Assembly: GCA_965217035.1 (NCBI GenBank)
Contig: OZ244226.1
Location: 2,028,146-2,092,145 of the forward strand
DNA: 64,000 nt
Reading direction: 5' to 3'
Origin: Bacteriovoracaceae bacterium
Lineage (GTDB): Bacteria > Bdellovibrionota > Bacteriovoracia > Bacteriovoracales > Bacteriovoracaceae
This document shows, in pieces, positions 19,287-28,499 of this stretch; the stretch's first letter is position 1, and every line of letters begins with the position of its first letter. The translations under genes were made by a program, and so were the position numbers. The notes under the pieces are model-generated. The model did no database searches and was not told the DNA's origin. It was given only the letters and a program-made list of their open reading frames with translations.

Positions 19287-20645
19287 ATGGTTGCGAAAGT
19301 TTTAATCTGTTCAAATGATGAATCATGGGTTGAAGAAGTAGAACAAAAAGTTTCAAAACTCAATATTAGTACTGAGAAAACGAGTAGTGGTAAAGAAGCA
19401 GAGCTTTTGATTAATAAAGATTCGATTGAACAAGTTATTCTTGATTATAATATGAATGACTACTCTTGTTTTAGTGTTATGAAAGTCATCAAAACAAATA
19501 GACCAAGCCTTCAAGTCTATTTTTATTTTGATGATGAGAGGGTATTAAAAAAAATTGGAGTGAGTTTAGAAGATTTAAACAACTTAGGATTTGAAAAAAT
19601 TTCTCAAAAATCAAAATTCGAGTATACAGACTTAAATGAAAGAGAGAATTCTGAAAAGAATAAAGAAGGTGACCTGGATTTTAGCGAAGAAAAATATGAA
19701 TCTGTTCTCATAGAATCTTTTCTTGATGGCAGTTACGCAACGATTGATTTATTTGTGAAATTACGTTCAGGAAAAATGATAAAGATTCTTAATCGAGGAG
19801 ATCGTTTTGAAGAGTCTCGAATAAAAAAGTATTTATCTAAAAAACAGCTTAAAGAGCTCTATTTTGACTCTAGTGATCGTTTTGAATATATTCAGAAAAC
19901 AAATAGAGTTATTGAAAAATTGAATTTACTGGAAGAGAAAGACCTTAATCAAAGAGTCAAAATCGCTCAGTCAGCATCTGAGAAATATTTAAACGAGGTT
20001 TATGTTAATGGTCTTAATGAAGAGTCTTTAAAGGAAGGGAAAGAACTCTGTGATAATATCTATCAGTTTCTAAATGAGAAAAAAAATCTTTCCAAACTTC
20101 TTGATGAACTCGAAGAGCGTTTTCAATCAATGGGGCATAGTTTCATGGTAGCCTTTTTCTCTATTGCTATTGCAAAACATTTGCCTTGGGTTGCAAGAAA
20201 GTCGATACGACTTTTAGGAATGGGAGCTATGCTTCATGATATCGGGAAATTGAAATTTCCAGAAGAGTTAACAGGGAAAAAATATGAAGAGCTTAATGAA
20301 AGTCAAAAGGCTCTCTACGAAGCTCATTGTCAAGATGGTGTTGATATTTTGAAAGAGTTTAGTTTTATTGAGTCGAGTATCCTTCAAACCGTTCTTCATC
20401 ATCATGAACGAAGAAGTGGAACTGGTTATCCTTCAAAACTTACCGGAATCAAAATTTTTCCGCTGGCAAAAGTCGTCGGTTTAGCAAATGAATTTTGCCA
20501 TTTTTTGGTTGATTTAAATGAGCCAGGTAAGCAGGCTGCACTTAAGTTTAAAACTCAGGTAAAATATGAGGACTACGAAAAAGAGGTTGTAGAAGCACTT
20601 TTAGCGAATTTTGAAATTTTTTCTAAGGGGAAAGAGGCTATATAA
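19287..20645 (+). CDS. Receiver-like + HD-GYP domain protein
   Basis: N-terminal receiver (VILDY); GHS...LHDIGK...HHHERRSGTGYP. Confidence 0.85.
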   Translation: MVAKVLICSNDESWVEEVEQKVSKLNISTEKTSSGKEAELLINKDSIEQVILDYNMNDYSCFSVMKVIKTNRPSLQVYFYFDDERVLKKIGVSLEDLNNLGFEKISQKSKFEYTDLNERENSEKNKEGDLDFSEEKYESVLIESFLDGSYATIDLFVKLRSGKMIKILNRGDRFEESRIKKYLSKKQLKELYFDSSDRFEYIQKTNRVIEKLNLLEEKDLNQRVKIAQSASEKYLNEVYVNGLNEESLKEGKELCDNIYQFLNEKKNLSKLLDELEERFQSMGHSFMVAFFSIAIAKHLPWVARKSIRLLGMGAMLHDIGKLKFPEELTGKKYEELNESQKALYEAHCQDGVDILKEFSFIESSILQTVLHHHERRSGTGYPSKLTGIKIFPLAKVVGLANEFCHFLVDLNEPGKQAALKFKTQVKYEDYEKEVVEALLANFEIFSKGKEAI

Positions 20646-20677
20646 CAAAATAAATTGTGTCGACTTGCTAGGCAATG

Positions 20678-20695
20678 TTATTCCAAATGGAATAA
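20678..20695. promoter_or_regulatory. Palindromic operator, copy 1
   Basis: TTATTCCA-AA-TGGAATAA perfect inverted repeat, upstream of an extended -10 TGcTAGAAT (20707-20715). Confidence 0.75.
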
Positions 20696-20727
20696 ACGTG
20701 AAAACTTGCTAGAATAGTATTCGCTGG

Positions 20728-22212
20728 ATGTTCCACGTTAAAAACTTTGAAACAGAAATGACACAAGAGCAATGGAAAATTATTTTAGATGCGTCTCCCA
20801 CACCTCAGGTTGTTCTTACTAAAAACCTTAATATTGAATTAATAAACCATGCATTTAAAGAACTTCTAGGCCATCAATCTAAAAATAACTTCATCGAGCA
20901 TATTAATTCAGAGGATGAAGCTGAGTTCGAATTTTTTATTTCAGACTTGATAGAAGGAAAAACAAAACCTTATCAAGAGCTTATTTTTGACTGTGATCAT
21001 ATGGCTGGGAATATAATTACGGTTTCTATTTCAGGGACAACTGTCAGCATCGATGATGATTTGAGACTTATTCTGTCTCTAAGGGATATAACAGAAGAGA
21101 TTGAACTACGAGAGCGGCTTCATCGTAATGAGAAGGATTTAGAGAGAGTTATTGAAAGTACGAATGATGGTTATTGGGATTGGAAAATGCAGGAGGATCA
21201 TGAATATATGTCTCCGCGCTTTTGGGAAATGCTTGGCTATGACTTCAAAACAAAAAAGCATCATCCTTCAGAATGGCTAAAGATTATTTTCGAAGAAGAT
21301 TTGCCTTTGGTCATTAAGAATATTGAACAGCATATAGAATCCAAAGGAGAAGTACCTTTTATTGTAGAAGTCCGTTATCGTCATGCTGATGGGTCAACAG
21401 TTTGGGTTATCTGTAGGGGAAAGGTTATTGAGTGGGGAGAAGAAGGAGAGCCTGTAAGGATGATAGGTTGTCACACAGACATTACAAAACTTAAGCATGT
21501 TCAAGGAGTTCTTGAAATCAACTCAAAAATGGCTGCTCTTGGCCAGATGGCTGGAGAGATTGCTCACGAAATTAATAACCCTTTGACAATATTAAACCTA
21601 AATATAGAAAGATGTAGAATGCTTTTAAAAGATCATGAGAATCCGAAAGTTTTTCAGATTCTTGAAACTTCTCAAAACACAATCGGAAGGGTTGGAGAAA
21701 TCGTAAAATCTTTAAAGAAGGTCTCTCACGGAGTTCAAGAAGCTTATGAAGAAGCTGATTTAAAAGATGTTATTCATGATGCAATAAATGTTTGTTATGA
21801 AAAGAGCAGAAGAGAAGGGATTCCTGTTAATTTTAACTCTGAAGAAAACTCTTTCTTATTAAATTGCCATAGAGTTGAAATTTCTCAAGTTCTTATAAAT
21901 TTAATTTCGAATTCGATTTATGCTCTCAGGGGGTTAAAGGAAAGATGGATTAAGATCAATTTAAAATCACAGGAAAGTAAAACAGTTATAGAAGTAACAG
22001 ATAGCGGAGACGGAATTCCTGAAGATGTACAGAAAAATATGATGGATCCCTTTTTTACGACAAAGCCTGTCGGAGAAGGGACGGGGTTTGGGCTGAGTAT
22101 TAGTCAAGCCATTATGAAAAGACATAATGGGGAGTTGAATTATGTAAGTGATTCTAAATATACAACATTTCAACTTGTTTTTCATGAGGACTCAAACCAA
22201 GGAGAGGATTAG
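20728..22212 (+). CDS. PAS/PAC sensor histidine kinase
   Basis: [20 protein letters not shown]-box [10 protein letters not shown] boxes [29 protein letters not shown]. Confidence 0.95.
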   Translation: MFHVKNFETEMTQEQWKIILDASPTPQVVLTKNLNIELINHAFKELLGHQSKNNFIEHINSEDEAEFEFFISDLIEGKTKPYQELIFDCDHMAGNIITVSISGTTVSIDDDLRLILSLRDITEEIELRERLHRNEKDLERVIESTNDGYWDWKMQEDHEYMSPRFWEMLGYDFKTKKHHPSEWLKIIFEEDLPLVIKNIEQHIESKGEVPFIVEVRYRHADGSTVWVICRGKVIEWGEEGEPVRMIGCHTDITKLKHVQGVLEINSKMAALGQMAGEIAHEINNPLTILNLNIERCRMLLKDHENPKVFQILETSQNTIGRVGEIVKSLKKVSHGVQEAYEEADLKDVIHDAINVCYEKSRREGIPVNFNSEENSFLLNCHRVEISQVLINLISNSIYALRGLKERWIKINLKSQESKTVIEVTDSGDGIPEDVQKNMMDPFFTTKPVGEGTGFGLSISQAIMKRHNGELNYVSDSKYTTFQLVFHEDSNQGED

Positions 22213-22809
22213 ATGTCAGTGGTAATCATTCATAGTAATCATTGTTTGTTAGAAAGTATGGCTAACGCATTAGAGGATTTTACACCTTATATTTTTGATA
22301 ATTTGAATAATTACCTTAATATCGAAGCTTCGAGTGGAAAAAAGCCTTCTCTTGTTATTGTTGAAACGAATCATTATGGAGAAAGCATAAGTTCTATCTA
22401 TAGAAAGATTTTAGGAGTCCAAAAGAAATTTTGTCCTATCTTGTTCATTGGACAACATGAGGAGAGAGAGTACAAAGGGCTGAACTTTCCTCTTATTAAT
22501 TATCTCAAAACTCCATTTTTGCGCTCAGAGTTACAGTTTAAAGTTGATATTTTGTCTCAAAATAAATCATTTTTCTGTTTTAGGAACTATTATCCAGAAG
22601 ACAAATTACTTTTGAATAATATTGAAGGGGCATTTCTAGTCTCTGGAGAAATAAAACTCGAATCGGTGAGGTTTAGTCGTAGTTTCTTACGGAGAACTGA
22701 TCTATTGGAAATTACAAATTTCAAAAATATTGAGATTTTGAAAAAAAGTGAAATTCTTATAAAAATTGCTGATTCAAAAGCTAGAGAAAAGAGAGCTCTA
22801 AATGTTTGA
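22213..22809 (+). CDS. Degenerate receiver-like protein
   Basis: PSLVIVE (Glu at the Asp position), PILFI, YLKTPF...ELQFKV. Confidence 0.5.
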   Translation: MSVVIIHSNHCLLESMANALEDFTPYIFDNLNNYLNIEASSGKKPSLVIVETNHYGESISSIYRKILGVQKKFCPILFIGQHEEREYKGLNFPLINYLKTPFLRSELQFKVDILSQNKSFFCFRNYYPEDKLLLNNIEGAFLVSGEIKLESVRFSRSFLRRTDLLEITNFKNIEILKKSEILIKIADSKAREKRALNV

Positions 22810-23791
22810 TTTTATTTCGAAGAAAGATACTCATTCCCCATTAGCGAGAAATTATCTTTATTATGAATTTGATCTTGGGACTAATAGAGAAAAAATAGAA
22901 GGATCTTATTGGGAGTTGTTGAGCTCAAATGATAAAGGACTTCATTGGAGAGATATTTGTTCTAAGAGAGACTTGAATGTTTTTGATGAAGAGATTCCTA
23001 AATTGTTGAATGACCCTGCAAGCACATTTCAGCTCCAAATTGAGCTGAGTCCCCATAGTGAGCTTTCAAGAATTTTTGAGTTTGATTTTACATATCAAGA
23101 AAAAGATAAAAAGGTAGTGGGCTTTGGTCGGGATATTACTAAAGTCATGAAAAAAGAAGAGAAGCTAGAGGGTTTTGAAGAACTATTTTCGGTTACTGCT
23201 CAAAAGGATCAAACCCTATTTGGTCTAGCAAATCCTTTGACTGTTTTAAACTTGTCATTAAAGCAGCTAGAGCCGGCATTAGAAAGTCACTTTGAAATGA
23301 AAGAAGTATTTGAAAGAATTGATCGTTCTTTAAGTAATATGAAGCAAACTTTAGAAGAGCTTGTCGAAAATAGAAGTATAAAAGAGAGTGGTCAGACAGA
23401 TCTTGAAAAACTTTTCGAAGAATTCAAGGCAAACTACCCTGAATTACAACAGGTTATAATTGATGAAAGTATAGAAAGTGTGAAATCAAGTTTTTGGATT
23501 CTCTACTTTTCTCTCGAAAAGATCTTTAAGATTTTTAAAAGAAGAAGAATCGTTCCTTTTATTAGAGTTAGAAAAGTCGAAACAAAAATACATATTGAGA
23601 TTGACGAAAACCTTACTCAAGCAGGGTTCCACGATAAGTCGAGCTCGACTTCAATTAATTATGGTTTTCTTAAGAGTGAAGAAAAAAAGTTGTTTTATCT
23701 TGCAGAGCTTTATCTCAAGAAGACATATGGCTCTCTTCTTTTGATTTCGACAAATCCTTTTTCATTAAGGTTTGAACTTCCTATAGACTAA
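22802..23791 (+). CDS. Degenerate PAS + kinase-like protein without the phospho-His
   Basis: PAC-like VVGFGRDIT; FGLANPLTVLNL mirrors [13 protein letters not shown] of the neighbouring kinase; no G boxes. Confidence 0.55.
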   Translation: MFDFISKKDTHSPLARNYLYYEFDLGTNREKIEGSYWELLSSNDKGLHWRDICSKRDLNVFDEEIPKLLNDPASTFQLQIELSPHSELSRIFEFDFTYQEKDKKVVGFGRDITKVMKKEEKLEGFEELFSVTAQKDQTLFGLANPLTVLNLSLKQLEPALESHFEMKEVFERIDRSLSNMKQTLEELVENRSIKESGQTDLEKLFEEFKANYPELQQVIIDESIESVKSSFWILYFSLEKIFKIFKRRRIVPFIRVRKVETKIHIEIDENLTQAGFHDKSSSTSINYGFLKSEEKKLFYLAELYLKKTYGSLLLISTNPFSLRFELPID

Positions 23792-23847
23792 GAAAGGATG
23801 TTTTGAAAAGAGCACTAGGACGATATTTCCATCGGTATCAGGAAAGT

Positions 23848-23874
23848 TAAAAAAAAATCTCAAACAGTCGATTG
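23848..23874 (+). promoter_or_regulatory. Sigma28-like promoter of the acyltransferase gene
   Basis: TAAA-N15-GTCGATTG. Confidence 0.4.
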
Positions 23875-23875
23875 A

Positions 23876-23891
23876 TATTCCAAGTGGAATA
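23876..23891. promoter_or_regulatory. Palindromic operator, copy 2
   Basis: TATTCCA-AG-TGGAATA, 3 nt before the GGAGG RBS. Confidence 0.75.
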
Positions 23892-23905
23892 CATGGAGGC
23901 TGTTT

Positions 23906-24649
23906 ATGATATTAAAACCAAAAATTTATGTTGTTAATGATATTCTTGGAAACTGGCAAAGCGAATTAGTCAGGGATTTTTTTCAAAAAATTGTTAGTAT
24001 AAAATACGGGTCATACAAAAAGACCTATGGCCCATTAATAGCTCCTTTTGATACCTCTGATTTTTTTGGAACACATGTTATTCTGACTGATACTGTTGAG
24101 GGGAAAGAAGAGATTGTATTTGCTTATAAAACAGTCACAAACCGTCGTTGTGAAGATTATGGAATGACTTTCCCCGGTTTGGCCCTGGTTCAAAAAGACG
24201 GGAATAAAGAGTCTCAAAGAGCGATGAGAGATATCCTTGAGAATAGCAGGTTAAAAAACTTTGATATCTCTTACGAGTCTTCATGGGCACTTAACCCCTT
24301 TTATCGAAAAGTTAACAATTATATCCATCCAGAACAGATCAGAGATCTTTTATTCGCATCGGTCGTTAATTTTCATATTGAATATAATATTCCTGAGATG
24401 ATTGCGTGTGGAGTTCTAAAAGTAAAAACTCAAAATACATTTCTTAAGATGGGATTGAACCCACTATGTGAGAAATCAACATTCAAGCAGAGTAATGTTG
24501 CCAATGAACCTATTATTATTCTTCATGGTCAGAGTTTTTCAAAGTATGCGCTAGAGGTTGCAAATCGCCATGAGAAGCTCTGGGAAGATAAAGTTTGTAT
24601 TGGAGTTGAGGAAGAAGTCGTTAGGAGTAACATATTTGTTGCGGCTTAG
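23906..24649 (+). CDS. GNAT-fold acyltransferase, autoinducer-synthase/N-acyl amino acid synthase-like
   Basis: Motif order K..SY...Y, D..D...HVIL, AYKTV, YESSWALNPFYRK, FLKMGL.PL resembles LuxI/FeeM-type enzymes. Confidence 0.5.
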   Translation: MILKPKIYVVNDILGNWQSELVRDFFQKIVSIKYGSYKKTYGPLIAPFDTSDFFGTHVILTDTVEGKEEIVFAYKTVTNRRCEDYGMTFPGLALVQKDGNKESQRAMRDILENSRLKNFDISYESSWALNPFYRKVNNYIHPEQIRDLLFASVVNFHIEYNIPEMIACGVLKVKTQNTFLKMGLNPLCEKSTFKQSNVANEPIIILHGQSFSKYALEVANRHEKLWEDKVCIGVEEEVVRSNIFVAA

Positions 24650-25505
24650 TGCCATCAATCGGTAAGATAATTCTATATTGAGAGAACTTGTCCCCATTAT
24701 GCTCACAGTTTGTAATACTGACTTTTGCCTGAGAGAGACCGAGATAACACGGAAAACTAGAAAGAACTCCTAGCTTTGTATGTGTTACTGCTGAGGTTCC
24801 TGTACCTTTGAAGTTTTGAAGTTCTTCCTCTACTTCAGGTCGAAGATACTCTCGAAATATAAGCTCATTCCCATGGATGCTTCTTATCTGATATTTATAA
24901 TTTTCGTCAAATTTTTCAGACAAGCCATCAGCAATTGCAGAATACATGTCTTCTAATGTTTTAAAACTTGCTAGTTTTCTTCCGAGTTCAGTTCCTGAGT
25001 TGGTAAAGAATGAATGAGCTCCCATATCTTCAAAAAACTTATCAGGAACTTTTTTCTGCTCAAGCAGTTTACAAAGATCGTGTATGAAATGAAGATTAAT
25101 CTTTCCATTGGGATCTTTAAAAAAATCATCATAAATCTGAAACTCTCTCAACAAAAGAATTTTGTATTGAGGGCCTAAGAACCTCTGAACATAATCCATC
25201 AAGTTGATGATAGTTCGATGTTTGCTATGGCTAGCATAAGAATATCTGTAAGGGAGATTTGTGAAATTACCTGTAAAATAACTAACTGCCGAAGAGATAT
25301 CAATCTCATGAAAACACAAGGATTCGAGAGAGACGTTAAAGTTTTCAGAAAGATTAATAGCGGCGTCTAGAGGTAAAAACTCTTGAGCCTTCTTATACTT
25401 TTTAAAAAGCCCTTCTCTCATCTCACATATACTAGCAAAATCCTTATCATCAAAAGATATTAATTCTTGAATTAGAGTAATGTTTTTCCACAACAAACTA
25501 TTCAT
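24621..25505 (-). CDS. HTH regulator (diverged XRE-like) with AraC-N/V4R-like ligand-binding C-terminus
   Basis: N-terminal LPLDAAINLSENFNVSLESL; ..FFKDPNGKINL..; V4R-like end KVSITNCEHNGDKFSQYRI; paralogous to the adjacent gene. Confidence 0.6.
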   Translation of the reverse strand: MNSLLWKNITLIQELISFDDKDFASICEMREGLFKKYKKAQEFLPLDAAINLSENFNVSLESLCFHEIDISSAVSYFTGNFTNLPYRYSYASHSKHRTIINLMDYVQRFLGPQYKILLLREFQIYDDFFKDPNGKINLHFIHDLCKLLEQKKVPDKFFEDMGAHSFFTNSGTELGRKLASFKTLEDMYSAIADGLSEKFDENYKYQIRSIHGNELIFREYLRPEVEEELQNFKGTGTSAVTHTKLGVLSSFPCYLGLSQAKVSITNCEHNGDKFSQYRIILPIDGTKPQQICYS

Positions 25506-25508
25506 TAA

Positions 25509-26375
25509 TTAACCTAAATTGACCTCTAAGTGACTTTCTAGGGAAGAACTCTTTTTCCCTGAGTCAATAATATTGCAATTAATCTTAAAACTAGGGTCTG
25601 CCAGTCGTGGAGTAGCCTCAATAGTGGTAGAAAGCATCTTATGATAAAAGCTTTTTAAATTTGAGAAATCAAAATGAGAAATTTCCTCTTTTGGAGCAAC
25701 ATGAACAATAAGTGAATTATTTTTCTCCTCTTCAATTTCTAGATTAAGACCAGAGTTATATTTATTGTAATTTTTTAAGAAATACTTTAAAGATTTTTCC
25801 GGGGTCTTAAAGCTTTCAAAGTTTTTTAGCATAACTCCTGACATTTCTGGATTTTCAATGGCCTTAGAAAGCTTGGACATTTTGGATGCTGTGAGAATTC
25901 TCTTTTTTACCAGGAGTTCTATCAGCTTAAATTCAAAATTATAATTAATAGTATTATCAAATCCTAGGAAGTAATCGGGATCAATATTGCAATCTTTACA
26001 AAAATCAAGAAAGACGTCATTAGAAATATTGAATTCGAGAAGCTTTATATAAGACGCGATAGAACGGACACCGATGCTTGAAGAGTAACCTATTTCGTTA
26101 GGAATAGTGAAGAGGCCTACCTTGGTAACATCTTTCGTTTTTAGAGTTTTGAAATTATCAATGACTCCAATATAATAAGAGTTAGGGTCAATATCGTAGT
26201 ATCCACAAAAATCAAACCAAAGGTTAATCCTTGGCATCAAAATTCCACTTTCTATTTTTGAAAGTGTCCCTTGGGTTAAATTTAAAGATTGGCAAACTTC
26301 CTTTTGTGGAAGTCCTTTCATTTTTCTTACGGCTCTTAGGAGTCTACCGAGTTTTAACGTTAATTCTTTACTCAT
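25509..26375 (-). CDS. XRE-family HTH regulator with ligand-binding-type C-terminal domain
   Basis: LGRLLRAVRKMKGLPQKEVCQSLNLTQGTLSKIESG; IDPDYF...NTINYNF similar to the neighbour; ATG 26375. Confidence 0.85.
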   Translation of the reverse strand: MSKELTLKLGRLLRAVRKMKGLPQKEVCQSLNLTQGTLSKIESGILMPRINLWFDFCGYYDIDPNSYYIGVIDNFKTLKTKDVTKVGLFTIPNEIGYSSSIGVRSIASYIKLLEFNISNDVFLDFCKDCNIDPDYFLGFDNTINYNFEFKLIELLVKKRILTASKMSKLSKAIENPEMSGVMLKNFESFKTPEKSLKYFLKNYNKYNSGLNLEIEEEKNNSLIVHVAPKEEISHFDFSNLKSFYHKMLSTTIEATPRLADPSFKINCNIIDSGKKSSSLESHLEVNLG

Positions 26376-26460
26376 TTTTGTTCTCTTGAGGCTAGTTCCA
26401 GCTAGGTGATTCCATCTGGTCAATATCTTCCCGTCTTACTAATTGACGAAAATTTGGTTT

Positions 26461-26480
26461 ATTATTCCAATAAGAATAAT
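26461..26480. promoter_or_regulatory. Palindromic operator, copy 3, in the divergent promoter region
   Basis: ATTATTC-CAATAA-GAATAAT; core TATTCCAATAAGAATA matches 12 of 14 consensus positions. Confidence 0.65.
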
Positions 26481-26506
26481 AAACCTTATTAAAGGCAATC
26501 TCAACT

Positions 26507-27364
26507 ATGGAACAATTAAAGTCAAGATTAGGATATAACGCAGGAAGCTATTTTGAGCGTACTCAAAGGAATCACTTTTTTATCGGTGGTATTGAAGGGC
26601 AAAAAAGGATCAAAGAGCTCAAGATTGGAGTCGCAGGGCTCGGAGGCATGGGTTCGAATATAGCAGAGGCGTTAATTCGATTGGGTGTCGGGCACATCAG
26701 AATTGCAGATCCGGACACTATCGACCTCTCAAATATTAACCGACAAGTTATTGCGAATAAAAATACAGTAGGAAAAAGTAAAGCGACTTGCTCTGAAGAA
26801 GATCTTAGAAACTTAGCCGATGACTTTGAAATTATTACTTATGATCAGGGTATCGAAGAAAAAATGGTTGAGGAGTTTGTTGACGGATGCGATATCATTA
26901 TAGATGAGATCGATGTTTTCCCGATTGATGCTCATGTCATTCTTCATCGTGAGGCGAGGAAAAGAAATATTCCTGTTTATAGCGCCTATGTTGTAGGAGT
27001 CGGAATTCATTTTTATAAATTCCAAGGTAACGATTATACGTTTGAAGATTTTATTAGCATACCGGAAGTTATTAGTCTTGAGGATAAGTTTGATAAAATT
27101 GTTGATGCCATGGGATCACCCCTTCCTAACTATCTCCAAGGAGATAATCTTCTTGAGTTTAAAAAGATGGCATTAAATGAAGGAATACCTATATTCGGAC
27201 CAGCAACCTTATTGGGACATTCAGTTGTCTCTGCAAGGGCGATCCTTGATTTCCTGGGAACAGAACTTAGGGGGGTAAAGATAAAAGAAACACCTTTGAT
27301 GCCTTATTTTACGAAAATTGACCTTGCGACAATGGAAACAACCTTTCATAAGGTTGATAAGTAG
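26507..27364 (+). CDS. ThiF/E1-like adenylyltransferase
   Basis: IGVAGLGGMGS, ADPDTIDLSNINRQ, GKSKA, CDIIIDEID. Confidence 0.92.
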   Translation: MEQLKSRLGYNAGSYFERTQRNHFFIGGIEGQKRIKELKIGVAGLGGMGSNIAEALIRLGVGHIRIADPDTIDLSNINRQVIANKNTVGKSKATCSEEDLRNLADDFEIITYDQGIEEKMVEEFVDGCDIIIDEIDVFPIDAHVILHREARKRNIPVYSAYVVGVGIHFYKFQGNDYTFEDFISIPEVISLEDKFDKIVDAMGSPLPNYLQGDNLLEFKKMALNEGIPIFGPATLLGHSVVSARAILDFLGTELRGVKIKETPLMPYFTKIDLATMETTFHKVDK

Positions 27365-27423
27365 CCAAGGGTTCTGTAACTTTAAACTTGAACTGTATCA
27401 AAGATTAGCAGTTGGAGTTTTTT

Positions 27424-28188
27424 GTGAATACCCTATTTTTACATTTTGGTCCTGGTTCGCACTGTTTCATTGAAAGAAGTATCTTTAAAGATTCTCTACC
27501 TATTGATTGGTGGGATCAGCCCGTTTATTCTAAAAACTCTTCTGAATGTTTAAAAAACTTAAGACTTGAAACTCTTAAAAGGTTTCAAGATCTTGCTAAT
27601 AAGTCTGTTGGAAAGGCATCAATTATAGCAAATAGTTACGGAGCCTCGCTTGCAATATACCTAGCAGAAACTTGTCCTCAGTTGATATCTAAGTTAACGA
27701 TTCTTGGAGGTCAAGCAAGTATTAGGCAAACGTACTTAAATTTGGCTGGCTTTTTATTAAAAAATAAATTATTGGACAATAACTTTTCAGAAACTGTATC
27801 AGAGTTTGAAACAAGCGGCACAAAAGAATCTTTCTGGAATATGATCTCTGAAATGGTTCAGGTTCCAGACCTTATGAACTATTATTGGGGGGCGAGATCA
27901 AGTAATTTTAATACTTGGATTGAACATGTGTCTGAAAAAGGAGCATTTGATTTCGACTCTTTTTCAAATATTTTAAACGATCATTTTGAAGAAGGTTCCA
28001 TTGATCGGCTCCCTAATCTCGATGTTGATTTTGAAGTTAATATTTTGCTTGGAAATAAAGATCCTTTTAGTGATTTAAAACTTGATTTCTCTCAATGGAG
28101 AGAAATATTTCCCAAAGCGAATATTAAAGAACTTGATTGTGGTCATTTCATCCATTTAGAAACAACTTCACATGACTGGATTCTATAA
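27424..28188 (+). CDS. Alpha/beta hydrolase
   Basis: FLHFGPG, nucleophile elbow ANSYGA, GNKDP, CGHFIHLE; GGAG RBS before GTG 27424. Confidence 0.85.
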   Translation: MNTLFLHFGPGSHCFIERSIFKDSLPIDWWDQPVYSKNSSECLKNLRLETLKRFQDLANKSVGKASIIANSYGASLAIYLAETCPQLISKLTILGGQASIRQTYLNLAGFLLKNKLLDNNFSETVSEFETSGTKESFWNMISEMVQVPDLMNYYWGARSSNFNTWIEHVSEKGAFDFDSFSNILNDHFEEGSIDRLPNLDVDFEVNILLGNKDPFSDLKLDFSQWREIFPKANIKELDCGHFIHLETTSHDWIL

Positions 28189-28499
28189 GCGATTTTTAGA
28201 ATCATGATGCTTCTTTTTTTATTCTTTTGTCTTAGCTCAAGTCCATACTATAGGAAATTGACGAGAGATAATATTCAAGAAACGATTGGGAAAATCAATA
28301 ACAGACTTAATTGGAAGGTAAATCCTTTTCTGAACACATCAAAGCCTTTAAAAATCGAAATAAAGTTAAGTCTCAACAGGAAAGTAAACAGAAATAGTCT
28401 TCGTTTAGTAAATATCTCATGGTAATAGTCTAAGCAGAACTTTACAGATCACGGGTCTCAGGTGAGGATAAATATTATAAATTTATCAAGGAGCCTTCG

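Noticed and set aside
28204..28425. 73-aa ORF as a RiPP precursor for the ThiF enzyme
   Set aside because: No RBS or leader/core pattern; cannot be supported, though not excluded
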